From the NCBI GenBank assembly GCA_001818315.1, contig MHKF01000018.1, positions 64,325-128,324 of the forward strand: a DNA stretch of 64,000 bases, read 5' to 3'. The stretch comes from Candidatus Kerfeldbacteria bacterium RIFCSPLOWO2_02_FULL_42_19 (lineage in GTDB: Bacteria; Patescibacteriota; Patescibacteriia; HO2-48-17). Position numbers and translations under genes: made by a program. How positions within the stretch are numbered: position 1 is the first letter of the stretch; each line of letters starts with the position of its first letter. The notes below the pieces were generated by a model. It was given only the letters and a program-made list of their open reading frames with translations, did not search any database and was not told the origin of the DNA. This document shows, in pieces, positions 40,376 to 50,535 of the stretch.

Positions 40376-40711
40376 GTGTTATACTCACTGTATCAGATCA
40401 ACAAAAATAAAACTATGCTCACCTCTCTCGATTTTCTTTACATTATTATTGCGGTATGCATTTTGATCCTGACGATTTTTCTTGTTTGGGTCCTCTATTA
40501 TGTAGCACAACTCCTTCGCCAAGGCCATGATATCATGATGCAGGTTCGAAAAACAGTGTCTGAGATTGAACAGTCTATTGACGCAATACATCAGCGCATT
40601 TCACAGTCTACGCATTCACTTGTGAGCGTCGTCCAGGAATGTGCATCGATGTTGCGTTTCATACAAGAATTTCGCGCTCGTAAAGGCCGTTCCAAGCGGG
40701 CGCAAAAATAA
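40376..40711 (+). CDS. Small membrane protein with coiled-coil tail (DUF948-like architecture)
   Basis: One TM helix (FLYIIIAVCILILTIFLVWVLYYV) followed by ~60 aa helical segment. Confidence 0.35.
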   Translation: MLYSLYQINKNKTMLTSLDFLYIIIAVCILILTIFLVWVLYYVAQLLRQGHDIMMQVRKTVSEIEQSIDAIHQRISQSTHSLVSVVQECASMLRFIQEFRARKGRSKRAQK

Positions 40712-40860
40712 TACGTACATACGCTTCGTGCTACGACTCGTTTTTCGCTTAGAAACCTACATTTTCGTGGCGGGTACCACAAGATTCTTAACAGACTCTT
40801 AGGAATTACAACGTTTGATACTGTCTGAAACAGAGGTCACAAACATGTATTCCTTATTTT

Positions 40861-43800
40861 ATGCAATCCGAACATGCATTTGTGCATCTCCATGCACATA
40901 GTTTTTACAGTATTTTAACGGCACTTCCCAGTCCTGAGGCGTTGGTGAGCTATGCTCATAAACTTGGATTTCCGGCTCTTGCATTGACGGATACCAGCGT
41001 CATGTATGGAGCTATTGAATTTTATCAAAAGGCACATGCTGTCGGTATCAAACCGATTCTTGGAATGGAACTTTTTGTTGTCGATTCTACACAAGATACA
41101 CATGCGCGGAAACCTTTTCCTCTTGTGCTTCTTGCGAAAGATTATGTCGGATACAAATATTTATTGTATCTCAGTTCCCATGCGCACCTTGAAGGTGTCC
41201 GTGACGGCGTGCCGTGTATTGATAAAAAAATTTTACACAGGCAGCACAATCAACTTATCGCACTGACAGGAGGGGTCCAAGGTGAAATCGCTTCGGCTCT
41301 TGCACGTCATAATGAAACGCAAGCAAAGCAGCTACTCCATGAATATCAGAATATTTTTGGCAAAGAAAATGTCTATATCGAACTCCAATCACGTTTGGAA
41401 GTCCCAGAAGCCAATGCACTATTTCAGCAACTATATGCGTTCAGTCGCACGATGTCTGTTCCTCTCGTAGCCACCAACGATGTGCATTATCTGAAACCCG
41501 AAGATGCACATGCGCAGGACATTTTACAGTGTATCAAAGCAAAAAAACTTTATCGGGATGAAAGTCGGACCTCACTTCAACAGAGTAATTATGCATTACT
41601 TTCGGCCCACGAAATGGCCGAGCGTTTTTCTGAATTACCGGAAGCGCTCAAAAATACTCTGAAGATTACCGAGCAATGTAATGTTCAACTTCCACTTGGT
41701 TCGATACAACTTCCGTCCTTTCCCCTCCCCGACCGCATGACACCCGAAGAGCGTCTGGTGCAATTATGTGACGATGGAATTTTGCGTCGCTATCGGCAAA
41801 AATCTCCAGCTATAGAGCAACGTCTTGCGTATGAACTTTCTATTATTCGCAAAACAGGTTTTGCATCGTATTTTTTGATTGTGCAAGATTTTATTAACTG
41901 GGCAAAGCAAAACAATATCGTCGTCGGTCCGGGTCGCGGTAGTGCTGCTGGAAGTCTTGTAGCGTATCTGACGAATATTACGAACATTGATCCTCTGCAA
42001 TACGATTTACTGTTCGAACGCTTTTTGAATCCAGAGCGTGTTTCTATGCCTGATATTGATACTGATTTTGATGATGAACGACGGGATGATGTGATTGCCT
42101 ATGTTGAAGAAAAATATGGTAAGGATCGTGTAGCGCAGATTATTACCTTTGGTACGATGGCTGCGCGTGCTGCGGTGCGTGATGTTGGTCGTGTTTTGGG
42201 TTTTGCTTATAACTTTTGCGATCGTATCGCTAAACTCATTCCAACCTTTCGAACCATTGACGAAGCTTTCACAGAAGTTCCGGAGCTTAAGAATCTTTAT
42301 GAAACTGATCCTGATTGTGAACGTCTTATCAAAACCGCACGGAAATTAGAAGGGGTTGTACGTCATACTTCGATTCACGCATGTGGCGTTGTGATTACGA
42401 AAGATCCTCTTGTGGAGCACACTGCTTTGCAACATGCGGAAAACGGATCGGTGATCTCGCAATACGCATTACATTCGGTTGAAGATCTTGGACTTCTTAA
42501 AATGGATTTCTTGGGTTTGAAGAACCTCACGATTATACGCAACACGCTTGACATTGTTCAAAAAACAGTAGGAGAACAGATTGATATTGATGTGATTCCA
42601 CTGGATGATTCGCGGACATATCGCCTTCTCCAGCAAGGACAAACGATCGGCGTCTTTCAACTTGAATCATCTGGTATGCGTCGTTATTTGCGTGAATTGG
42701 AGCCTACTGAATTCGAAGATATTATCGCTATGGTCGCGTTGTATCGTCCCGGTCCAATGGAGTTTATTCCTGATTACATTGCTGGGAAGCATGGCCGTAA
42801 AGCGATTGAGTATCTGCATAACGAACTTAAGCCTCTTTTGCAAAAAACATACGGCATTGCCGTGTATCAGGAACAGATCATGGAAATTGCACGTCAACTC
42901 GCCGGTTTTACTTACGGTGAAGCTGATGTCTTGCGCAAAGCTGTTGGTAAGAAAATTAAGGAATTGCTCGCCACACAAGAAACGAAAATGATTCAAGGAA
43001 TGATTCATCACGGTATTGCACCTCAAACCGCCAAAAAAATTTGGGAATTTATTTTGCCTTTTGCGCGTTACGGTTTTAACCGTTCACATGCAGCATGTTA
43101 TGCGTTGATTTCCTATCAAACTGCATATTTAAAAGCGAATTATCCGGCGCAATTTATGGCAGCACTGATGACAGCTGATGCTGGTGATAGTGATCGCATT
43201 GCGATTGAGGTTCAGGAATGTCGGCAGTTAGGTATTGAAGTGCTTCCTCCTGATATCAATGAAAGTTTTTCCACATTCACGGTAGTACGTAAAAGTTTGA
43301 ATGCTGACAAACCGCGCATTCGTTTTGGCTTAGCAGCGATTAAAAACGTTGGATCGACTATTGTACACGCCATCATTCGTGAACGAAAAAGCGGGGGGGC
43401 GTTTACTGATATTGCGCAATTTCTCTCGCGAGTACATCACAAAGACTTGAACAAAAAAGCTTTAGAGAGTTTTATAAAATCCGGAGCTCTTGAGCGCTTT
43501 GACGGTCGAGCTGTTTTTTTGCACAACCTTCCACAACTTTTACAGTATGCGCGGAATGTTGCACTCGCTCGAACGAATCGTCAGGGGAATCTTTTTGGTG
43601 ATTTTCAACTTCCGCTGCTCCCTCTTGATCAGGGACCAACAATCAGTCGCGCACAACAGTTGCAGTGGGAAAAAGATCTGCTTGGTTTATATATTTCCGC
43701 TCACCCGCTTTCACTTTACAAGGATGAAATTATTCATCGCGCGGTACTCATCGAATCTGCGAAGCATTTTCCCGATGATACACCTGTGCGCTTGATTGGA

Positions 43801-44295
43801 TATGTCACAAAGACAAAGCGTTTGATTACTAAAAATCGTGAAGGTATGCTTTTTGCTCAGTTTGAGGATTTTTCTGGGGAAATTGAAGCGATAGTTTTTC
43901 CGAGAATTTTTCGTGAAACGCACTTTCTTTGGTCGCAAGGCGCATTGCTTCTTGTGGATGGCCATATGTCGCATAAAGATCATCTTGTGAAAATCATTGC
44001 GGATACGGTTCGAGAAATCAGTCTCAATGATATCGCCACGCTTCCTGTATGGAATCCATCGAGTGTTTTGATTACCCTCCCTTATCGTGTGCATCAATCA
44101 GTTGTCACACAATTGCAAAAAATTTTTTCCGAACATCCTGGGCAGTGTTCGGTACGACTTTGCGTTGAAGGTGGACAACTCGACAAAGAAATTCTTACGA
44201 AAACACGTATTCATTGCGATGCAGCAACGCTTACGGCAATTGAGCATATTGTAGGTTCTGGTAAAGTGCGCATGAATATGTCAGTGCGTGCCTAA
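40861..44295 (+). CDS. dnaE: DNA polymerase III alpha subunit
   Basis: N-terminal PHP domain (HLHAHSFYSIL), polymerase core GxGRGSAAGSLVAY and PDIDTDF catalytic aspartates, 1144 aa. Confidence 0.95.
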   Translation: MQSEHAFVHLHAHSFYSILTALPSPEALVSYAHKLGFPALALTDTSVMYGAIEFYQKAHAVGIKPILGMELFVVDSTQDTHARKPFPLVLLAKDYVGYKYLLYLSSHAHLEGVRDGVPCIDKKILHRQHNQLIALTGGVQGEIASALARHNETQAKQLLHEYQNIFGKENVYIELQSRLEVPEANALFQQLYAFSRTMSVPLVATNDVHYLKPEDAHAQDILQCIKAKKLYRDESRTSLQQSNYALLSAHEMAERFSELPEALKNTLKITEQCNVQLPLGSIQLPSFPLPDRMTPEERLVQLCDDGILRRYRQKSPAIEQRLAYELSIIRKTGFASYFLIVQDFINWAKQNNIVVGPGRGSAAGSLVAYLTNITNIDPLQYDLLFERFLNPERVSMPDIDTDFDDERRDDVIAYVEEKYGKDRVAQIITFGTMAARAAVRDVGRVLGFAYNFCDRIAKLIPTFRTIDEAFTEVPELKNLYETDPDCERLIKTARKLEGVVRHTSIHACGVVITKDPLVEHTALQHAENGSVISQYALHSVEDLGLLKMDFLGLKNLTIIRNTLDIVQKTVGEQIDIDVIPLDDSRTYRLLQQGQTIGVFQLESSGMRRYLRELEPTEFEDIIAMVALYRPGPMEFIPDYIAGKHGRKAIEYLHNELKPLLQKTYGIAVYQEQIMEIARQLAGFTYGEADVLRKAVGKKIKELLATQETKMIQGMIHHGIAPQTAKKIWEFILPFARYGFNRSHAACYALISYQTAYLKANYPAQFMAALMTADAGDSDRIAIEVQECRQLGIEVLPPDINESFSTFTVVRKSLNADKPRIRFGLAAIKNVGSTIVHAIIRERKSGGAFTDIAQFLSRVHHKDLNKKALESFIKSGALERFDGRAVFLHNLPQLLQYARNVALARTNRQGNLFGDFQLPLLPLDQGPTISRAQQLQWEKDLLGLYISAHPLSLYKDEIIHRAVLIESAKHFPDDTPVRLIGYVTKTKRLITKNREGMLFAQFEDFSGEIEAIVFPRIFRETHFLWSQGALLLVDGHMSHKDHLVKIIADTVREISLNDIATLPVWNPSSVLITLPYRVHQSVVTQLQKIFSEHPGQCSVRLCVEGGQLDKEILTKTRIHCDAATLTAIEHIVGSGKVRMNMSVRA

Positions 44296-44310
44296 GTATA
44301 TTTCCTGCTT

Positions 44311-45471
44311 ATGTCTACGGGGCCTTTTAAGAATATGAAAATTACAAAAGTTTACGCGAAATTTGTTTTTTTGTTTGTGTTGATGAGTGCGCTTCTCCTT
44401 CTTTTTATCGTGTATCTTTCTTTTGCAAAAACAACTGTGATTGTGCATCCACGTCTTGAGTCTTTTACACAGGAATTTACTTTGCAGGTTTCCAGTCCAA
44501 AAGAAACAGACGATATTTCTTCATTGTCGGCACAATTTCTACAGTATACGGTTCGCGGCAGTAAGCGTGTTGTGGATCTTACGCAAACATCTGAAATCTC
44601 TGAAAAAGCGACTGGAGAGGTTACTATTTTCAATAAGTATCGTCAAAGTCAACCTCTTGTTGCTACAACACGATTTCTTTCCAATGAAGGAATACTTTTT
44701 CGTACGCTCGAAACCGTCACTGTTCCTGCTGGAGGGCAGGTTAAGGTTAATGTTATTGCTGATCAACCCGGCGCAAGTGGAGAAATTCCTCCGACTCACT
44801 TTACGATTGTTGCTCTCTGGAAGGGATTGCAGGATCTTATTTATGCTGAAAGCAATCAACCTATGAAACGTTCTAGTCGCTCGATTACTGTTGTGACGCA
44901 AGAAGATATCCGTAATGCTTTGGAAGAGCTTTCGGCGTCGCTTATTCAGGAGGCTCTCACAGCACTTGCACTGCAGGCACGCAACGATTTTCCGCACTTG
45001 GATTTTCTTCCTGACGCTTTTGAAGAGCGTATGCTTTTCGAGTCCTCAAGTGTTCCTGCTGGTATCGAAGCTTCTGAATTTACTGTTGAACGCGAACTCC
45101 AAATCATTGCAATCGTCACTTCGAAAAAACTCCTCGAAACAAAAATACAGGAAATTTTACAATCGGCGCTCCCAGAAAATAAAAAGTTTGCTCCTTCAGG
45201 GAAGCAAGTATCGACGTATTCTTTGATTGAGGTCGAGCTCGAAAAACACACTGGAAAACTTGTTGGCCGTGCTGAATATCCGATAGTGCTTTCACTTTCA
45301 CATCCAGTACTGGATCGGAGTAAACTTACCAATAAAGACGCTCAGGAGATTCGAGCTTTTTTAACAAGTTTTCCTGAGATTAGTGATGTGCAAGTGAAAT
45401 TTTCACCTTTTTGGTCGAAACGTTCGTTGCCGCTCGAAGATCATATTGAAATTTTTCTTTCGGCGCTTTGA
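44311..45471 (+). CDS. Hypothetical membrane-anchored protein
   Basis: N-terminal TM (FVFLFVLMSALLLLFIVYLSF); no recognizable motif; 16 nt after dnaE. Confidence 0.4.
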   Translation: MSTGPFKNMKITKVYAKFVFLFVLMSALLLLFIVYLSFAKTTVIVHPRLESFTQEFTLQVSSPKETDDISSLSAQFLQYTVRGSKRVVDLTQTSEISEKATGEVTIFNKYRQSQPLVATTRFLSNEGILFRTLETVTVPAGGQVKVNVIADQPGASGEIPPTHFTIVALWKGLQDLIYAESNQPMKRSSRSITVVTQEDIRNALEELSASLIQEALTALALQARNDFPHLDFLPDAFEERMLFESSSVPAGIEASEFTVERELQIIAIVTSKKLLETKIQEILQSALPENKKFAPSGKQVSTYSLIEVELEKHTGKLVGRAEYPIVLSLSHPVLDRSKLTNKDAQEIRAFLTSFPEISDVQVKFSPFWSKRSLPLEDHIEIFLSAL

Positions 45472-45505
45472 ATTTTGGGCGCACTTAACAGTGTTTTTTG
45501 GGATT

Positions 45506-45666
45506 GTCGCCGAATAGCATTTCTTGTTCAATGCATTAGAAAAAGAGGAGGAAGACTCTCGCTTTCGAAGCACTAACACTGCACAGTGTGCTGAGAAAGG
45601 AGAGTCTTCCTCCTCTTTTTCTATGATCCAAATGTATTTTTCACAGAGGGAAGCGTATTCGGCGAC
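45506..45666. repeat. Family-1 palindromic repeat element, copy 3 (best-preserved copy)
   Basis: Outer stem tgtcgccgaata/tattcggcgaca; inner 16-bp stem gaggaggaagactctc/gagagtcttcctcctc flanked by AGAAAAAG and TCTTTTTCT. Confidence 0.85.
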
Positions 45667-45675
45667 AGCCCTTTT

Positions 45676-46314
45676 TTACTTTGCTTTTATTTTCCGCTTA
45701 AGGAATGATTCTACAGTGTGTACGATGGCTTGTGTTTGTCGATCAATTTCGACGTTTACCATGTGACCTTCGCGTTTCCAACCAAAAGTAGTTCGCTTGA
45801 GTGTTTCAGGGATAAAGGCGACTGAAAAATATCCTTGCGAATTCCATGTGTCTACAATAGTCAGGCTCACTCCATCGAGTGCAATGAATCCTTTTGGAAA
45901 AATATATTTCATCCAGGATTTTTTTATCTTGAATTGTATGCGATAGTTGTTGTAGGAAGTTGTGATGGAATCAATACTTGCTTGCGTATCAACGTGTCCA
46001 GAAAGTAAATGCCCTCCAATTTCGTCTTTGAGTGTCATGGAGCGCTCGATGTTCACGCGTTGATGTATTTTTATATGACCAAGGGTTGTCTTTTTTTCTG
46101 TTTCGGCCATGAAATCAAACGTTACTTTCTTTTTTTTACATGTGACAATTGTGAGACAAACGCCGTCAATAGCAATACTCGCGCCTTTTTTTACAGCCGA
46201 AAATGCCTGCGGCATCTGCACGGTAAAATTTTTATGATCCGAAAATTTTTTGATACTTACTATTGTACCTGTACCTTGAATAATGCCGGTGAACATATAA
46301 TGATACACTATCAA
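45676..46314 (-). CDS. ribE: Riboflavin synthase alpha chain
   Basis: MFTGIIQGTGTI...two lumazine-binding repeats (..GASIAIDGVCLTIV.. and ..GFIALDGVSLTIV..); likely ATG start at 46296. Confidence 0.85.
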   Translation of the reverse strand: MIVYHYMFTGIIQGTGTIVSIKKFSDHKNFTVQMPQAFSAVKKGASIAIDGVCLTIVTCKKKKVTFDFMAETEKKTTLGHIKIHQRVNIERSMTLKDEIGGHLLSGHVDTQASIDSITTSYNNYRIQFKIKKSWMKYIFPKGFIALDGVSLTIVDTWNSQGYFSVAFIPETLKRTTFGWKREGHMVNVEIDRQTQAIVHTVESFLKRKIKAK

Positions 46315-46427
46315 AAGTTTCTTTTCTTGACAAAGATGCTGCGAACTTTTATGCTTTTTTTGTGAAGCTACAACATTTTCGTGCTACTTTTAGATCAAAA
46401 CTCAATCGAGTATTTTTATTTTGATGT

Positions 46428-48203
46428 ATGACGGTGCGCAATTTGCATGATCCTTTGGAAGTAAAACGACACTCTTTCGCGCATTTGGTTGCTGCCGCTG
46501 TGACGCGTCTTTTTCCTGGCACTCATCTTGGTGTCGGCCCTGTGATCGATAATGGATTTTATCATGATTTTGAATTACCTGAAGGCAAAAAACTCTCTGA
46601 AGCAGATCTTCCGCGTATTGAAGCTATGGTGCGTCGATTGATTACCGAAGCGCAGGAATTTGCAAAAAAAATCGTCCCTATTCAGGAAGCGATACAACTT
46701 CTCCAGCAGCGTGGGCAAGTGTATACACAAGAACTTGCTGAAGATTTGGAAAAGGAGGGCATTCACGAAGTCAGTTTTTATAGCAACGGCGAATTTAGTA
46801 ATATGTGTACGGGTCCGCATATTCAAAACACTCGCTTGTTAGATTCACACGCTTTTAAACTCATGAATGTCGCTGGAGTATATTGGAAAGGTGATGAACA
46901 ACGTCCTCAAATTCAGCGTATCTATGGAGCAGCTTTTCATACCTCTCAAGCGCTTGAAGACTATCTGAAACTTCACGAGGAAGCAAAAAGACGAGATCAT
47001 CGAAAACTTGGTAAAGAGCTTGACCTTTTTGTTTTTTCCCCCTTGGTTGGCGCTGGACTCCCCTTGTTTACTTCGAAAGGCGCTCTCATCCGTAAACTCA
47101 TAAGTGATTTCATTCTCGAACTTCAAAAACCTTTTGGTTATCAACAAGTTTGGATTCCGCACCTTACAAAAACGGCGCTGTATAAAACTTCTGGGCATTG
47201 GGATAAATATAAAAACGATTTGTTTTATGTGCGTGGGAAACATGATAATGAATACGTTCTTAAGCCCATGAACTGCCCTCATCATACTCAAATTTATGCT
47301 TCGCGACTTCGGAGTTTCCGTGAACTTCCTTTGCGATTTGCTGAAGTTTCGACTACCTATCGTGATGAACAGCCTGGGGAACTTCAAGGTCTTTCGCGTG
47401 TGCTCGCTATTACTGTCGATGATGCACATTTATTTTGTACTCCCGAACAAGTTCTTTCGGAGGTCTTGAATATTTTTAAAATTATCGAGCCTTTTTATGC
47501 TGCGTTTCATTTACCTTTAACGATTCGTTTGTCGCTTCGCGATCCAGAACATCCCGAAAATTATCTTGGTTCCGAACACGTATGGGAACAATCCGAATCC
47601 CTCCTTGCGCAGGCAATTGAATCTTTCGGAAAAACGTATCTGAAGGTTCCGGGTGAAGCTGCGTTTTATGGACCAAAGATTGATTTTTTAGCGAAAGATT
47701 CGTTGGGTCGCAGTTGGCAGGTTGCGACAATACAAATTGATTTTAATCAGCCGGAGCGTTTTCAACTTGTCTATCAGGATCACGACGGCAAACCAAAAGC
47801 TCCGGTGATGATTCATCGCGCGATTGCCGGTTCTCTGGAACGTTTTATGGCTATTCTTATTGAGCATTTTGCTGGTGCGTTTCCGTTATGGCTTGCCCCT
47901 CTTCAGCTTGCGCTGCTTCCGGTTGCCGAACGGCATGTTGCGTTTGCACAAAAACTTGCCGCGGATTTTCGTGAGTATGATTTTCGTGTAGAAGTTTTTG
48001 ATACTTCAACAACGGTCAGCAAGAAAATTGTGGAAGCTGCAAAACTTCACATCCCTTATGTTTTGGTGCTCGGCGATAAAGAAATTGAGGAAAGAATGTT
48101 GTCGATTCGCAAACGAGGAAATAAAAAAGTTACTTCGACTTCAAAAGACGAATTTATTGCTTTGGTTCAGTCGGCTCTCAAGAGTCGCACTCTGGAATTA
48201 TAA
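46428..48203 (+). CDS. thrS: Threonyl-tRNA synthetase lacking the N-terminal TGS domain
   Basis: Begins in the editing domain (RHSFAHLVAAAV HxxxH), class II core, C-terminal anticodon-binding domain. Confidence 0.9.
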   Translation: MTVRNLHDPLEVKRHSFAHLVAAAVTRLFPGTHLGVGPVIDNGFYHDFELPEGKKLSEADLPRIEAMVRRLITEAQEFAKKIVPIQEAIQLLQQRGQVYTQELAEDLEKEGIHEVSFYSNGEFSNMCTGPHIQNTRLLDSHAFKLMNVAGVYWKGDEQRPQIQRIYGAAFHTSQALEDYLKLHEEAKRRDHRKLGKELDLFVFSPLVGAGLPLFTSKGALIRKLISDFILELQKPFGYQQVWIPHLTKTALYKTSGHWDKYKNDLFYVRGKHDNEYVLKPMNCPHHTQIYASRLRSFRELPLRFAEVSTTYRDEQPGELQGLSRVLAITVDDAHLFCTPEQVLSEVLNIFKIIEPFYAAFHLPLTIRLSLRDPEHPENYLGSEHVWEQSESLLAQAIESFGKTYLKVPGEAAFYGPKIDFLAKDSLGRSWQVATIQIDFNQPERFQLVYQDHDGKPKAPVMIHRAIAGSLERFMAILIEHFAGAFPLWLAPLQLALLPVAERHVAFAQKLAADFREYDFRVEVFDTSTTVSKKIVEAAKLHIPYVLVLGDKEIEERMLSIRKRGNKKVTSTSKDEFIALVQSALKSRTLEL

Positions 48204-48209
48204 CGGATC

Positions 48210-48355
48210 CTTCTTGCGTTTTGATAAACACACAGAGAAGGAAGTCTTTGTTTTCTCAGCGCATTGTGCACTGTCAGTGCTTTGAAAGTGAGAGTCTTTC
48301 TCCTCTTTTTCTATGATGAAAATTCATTTTGTAACAGAAAGGGTATTCGGCGCCA
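48210..48355. repeat. Family-1 palindromic repeat element, copy 4 (degenerate, inverted loop)
   Basis: gagagtctttctcct right stem, loop ttttctcagcgcattgtgcactgtcagtgctttgaaagt in copy-1 orientation, tail tttttctatgatgaaaattcattttgtaacagaaagggtattcggcg. Confidence 0.65.
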
Positions 48356-48383
48356 GTCCCTATTAGGTTTCGAAAGAGGACGT

Positions 48384-50081
48384 TTATTCTGTAACACGAT
48401 GATACAGTTCCTCAATTTCTTTGTTTGTTTTCATTTCCGAAACTATTTTTTGCGCTTCGTGTTGATTCCCTTGATCATAAATATCTATCATTCGTTCAAA
48501 ATATTTTCTTAGGAGCGTATAAAATTGAGGGATATTTTTTACCTGTATCATCCAACCGTGTGTTGTTTTTGTGATGAGGCCGCTTTCCATCATTATACGT
48601 AACTCAAGAAGCGCACTGTTGTAATACGAACGAAGTGTTGTTTCCTCGCGTAATCGCAGATATCGTAGATTCCCAGCCAGCAACATAATCGGCAATTGTG
48701 TCCATATCTCACGTGATATTTCCCCTTGTTCGTAACGAAAATGCGCGCACATCATTCCACACCACGTAGCTTTTACTTCATCCATGTCTGCCACTAATGA
48801 TGGAGTTAAGGCGCTGATGGTTGTATTGTCCACAAAAGCACCGTGTCCAACTTCATGACCGGTAATGAAATGCGCGATAATCTCTGCTGTCTGCATGCAA
48901 AAATATTTTTCTGTTGCAACAGGACCAAAGACTTTTCGAAAGAGTTCTTGTGTTTCTTTTCTTCGCGCTTCCATCCCGTTGTAATCGAGGAATATTTTTG
49001 TTCCATATTTTCTTCGCACATCACTTCTTTCAGGAACAATTTTTCCAACACCTAAAAATTCGACATCCTCTCCCGCGAAGGTGATGGGAATACACACTTG
49101 AAGTTGAATTTTTTTCATTGCCTCTCGTGAAGCTGCCCAAGTTTTTTTCTTATGGTAGTGTCGCGCAAAATGCTTTTCGAGCATGTGTTGTGTCTGTTTT
49201 GCTGTTGCATTCACCGCTGCTTGTTCCGCGTCTTCGATGACGATGCGAAGACTCGGTGCTACACGAATGCCAGTAGGATCAATATAATTTTTTTCCATCC
49301 CATGAATGAACTGAATTTTTCCAGGCGTTCTTAACCACGCGATATCAACGTCTCTCCAGAGTTTTTCCATACGTGCGAGATGTGGATTCGCGTAACTGCG
49401 TTGTAGCTTTCGAAAATATCGGTTAAAGGCATGGATATGTGGTTCTTTTTGATATACTTTGAGGTTCTGTATGAGTTTTAGAAGTGACGCTTCGATGCTT
49501 TGGTAGTGTGATGTGTATGCCTTTTGTAAAGGCACGAGTGTGTATTTGTCGCGTATTTTCTTTATCACACTGTAAGCATGATCAAGTCGTTGCTTTTTGA
49601 GCCACTCAGCGCCTACGCCAGGATCTTCTTCTAAATTTGCGAGCATTCGACCTATGGATGATTCCTTCATGAATCGTCTCCATGCAATGAAAATTTCATC
49701 GATTGTTTCACACCATGGCAAACTTTCTCTAATGAGTATTACTTCACTTGCGCTCAGTCCTAAAAGATCAGGTTGTTGCAAACGCCAACGAATGATTTCA
49801 TGTTTGAGTTTATTTTTTTGTGCCGCTGCTTTCAGTACGGGCGTGTATTCTCCTTTGATTTCATATATGCTACTGAAATCATAGTTTAAAACAGCATCCG
49901 CTACACGCTCTTGTTGTTCTTCACCTAAAACATTGAGTATTGATTTTGCTTCCGGGTGCTCGCTCAAAATAGTATTCACTGTTGATTCAAGTTGTTTAAA
50001 AAAAATGCACGTTGGTGCTGATTGAAGTGCTTTAAAATGATTGGGAAAGTGTGTTGTGAATTTTTCGATGTTGAATTTCAT
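48384..50081 (-). CDS. HExxH zinc metallopeptidase (M3/oligoendopeptidase F-like)
   Basis: HEVGH at ~aa 420 with a Glu ~26 aa downstream (ADMDEVKAT) in the position of the M3 third ligand; family assignment tentative. Confidence 0.45.
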   Translation of the reverse strand: MKFNIEKFTTHFPNHFKALQSAPTCIFFKQLESTVNTILSEHPEAKSILNVLGEEQQERVADAVLNYDFSSIYEIKGEYTPVLKAAAQKNKLKHEIIRWRLQQPDLLGLSASEVILIRESLPWCETIDEIFIAWRRFMKESSIGRMLANLEEDPGVGAEWLKKQRLDHAYSVIKKIRDKYTLVPLQKAYTSHYQSIEASLLKLIQNLKVYQKEPHIHAFNRYFRKLQRSYANPHLARMEKLWRDVDIAWLRTPGKIQFIHGMEKNYIDPTGIRVAPSLRIVIEDAEQAAVNATAKQTQHMLEKHFARHYHKKKTWAASREAMKKIQLQVCIPITFAGEDVEFLGVGKIVPERSDVRRKYGTKIFLDYNGMEARRKETQELFRKVFGPVATEKYFCMQTAEIIAHFITGHEVGHGAFVDNTTISALTPSLVADMDEVKATWCGMMCAHFRYEQGEISREIWTQLPIMLLAGNLRYLRLREETTLRSYYNSALLELRIMMESGLITKTTHGWMIQVKNIPQFYTLLRKYFERMIDIYDQGNQHEAQKIVSEMKTNKEIEELYHRVTE

Positions 50082-50283
50082 GCTTTGCTTCGAAGAATCT
50101 TGTTATTAGTATTATAACTTTTTTAGTTTTTTCCCGCAAAACACTATTGTCAGGAAATTTTCGACATGTTATTCTGGTACTATTGTATTTTCGATGGGAG
50201 GCACTTTTTCGCTTTTGTTTTCGTGTTCCTATTATTCAGTGAGGATCACTATCCAAGTATCCTTATTGAGAAAGGAGAAAATC

Positions 50284-50508
50284 ATGCACATAACTGATCA
50301 ATGCCAAGGCGTAGCACCAGTTCTTTGCGGGGATGATAATGTTTTTGAGCTTTTAGGCATTCTGCCAACAGATGTCGGGCTCACTCGCGAGGAATACTGT
50401 CAGGCCTGGCACGACGCAAATCCATTTCAAGCAGAAAAATCTGGATCTGTCACTTCGTCTGTGTCTGTCGGTGAAACTCCGATAGATCACAATTCAGTAC
50501 CGCGATAA
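50284..50508 (+). CDS. Small (74 aa) Cys-containing hypothetical protein
   Basis: Strongest SD in the window (AAGGAG, 6-nt spacer) before ATG 50284; track ORF starts upstream at 50194. Confidence 0.35.
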   Translation: MHITDQCQGVAPVLCGDDNVFELLGILPTDVGLTREEYCQAWHDANPFQAEKSGSVTSSVSVGETPIDHNSVPR

Positions 50509-50535
50509 TTTTTTCGCCTCCCATCGCCCTTTTCT

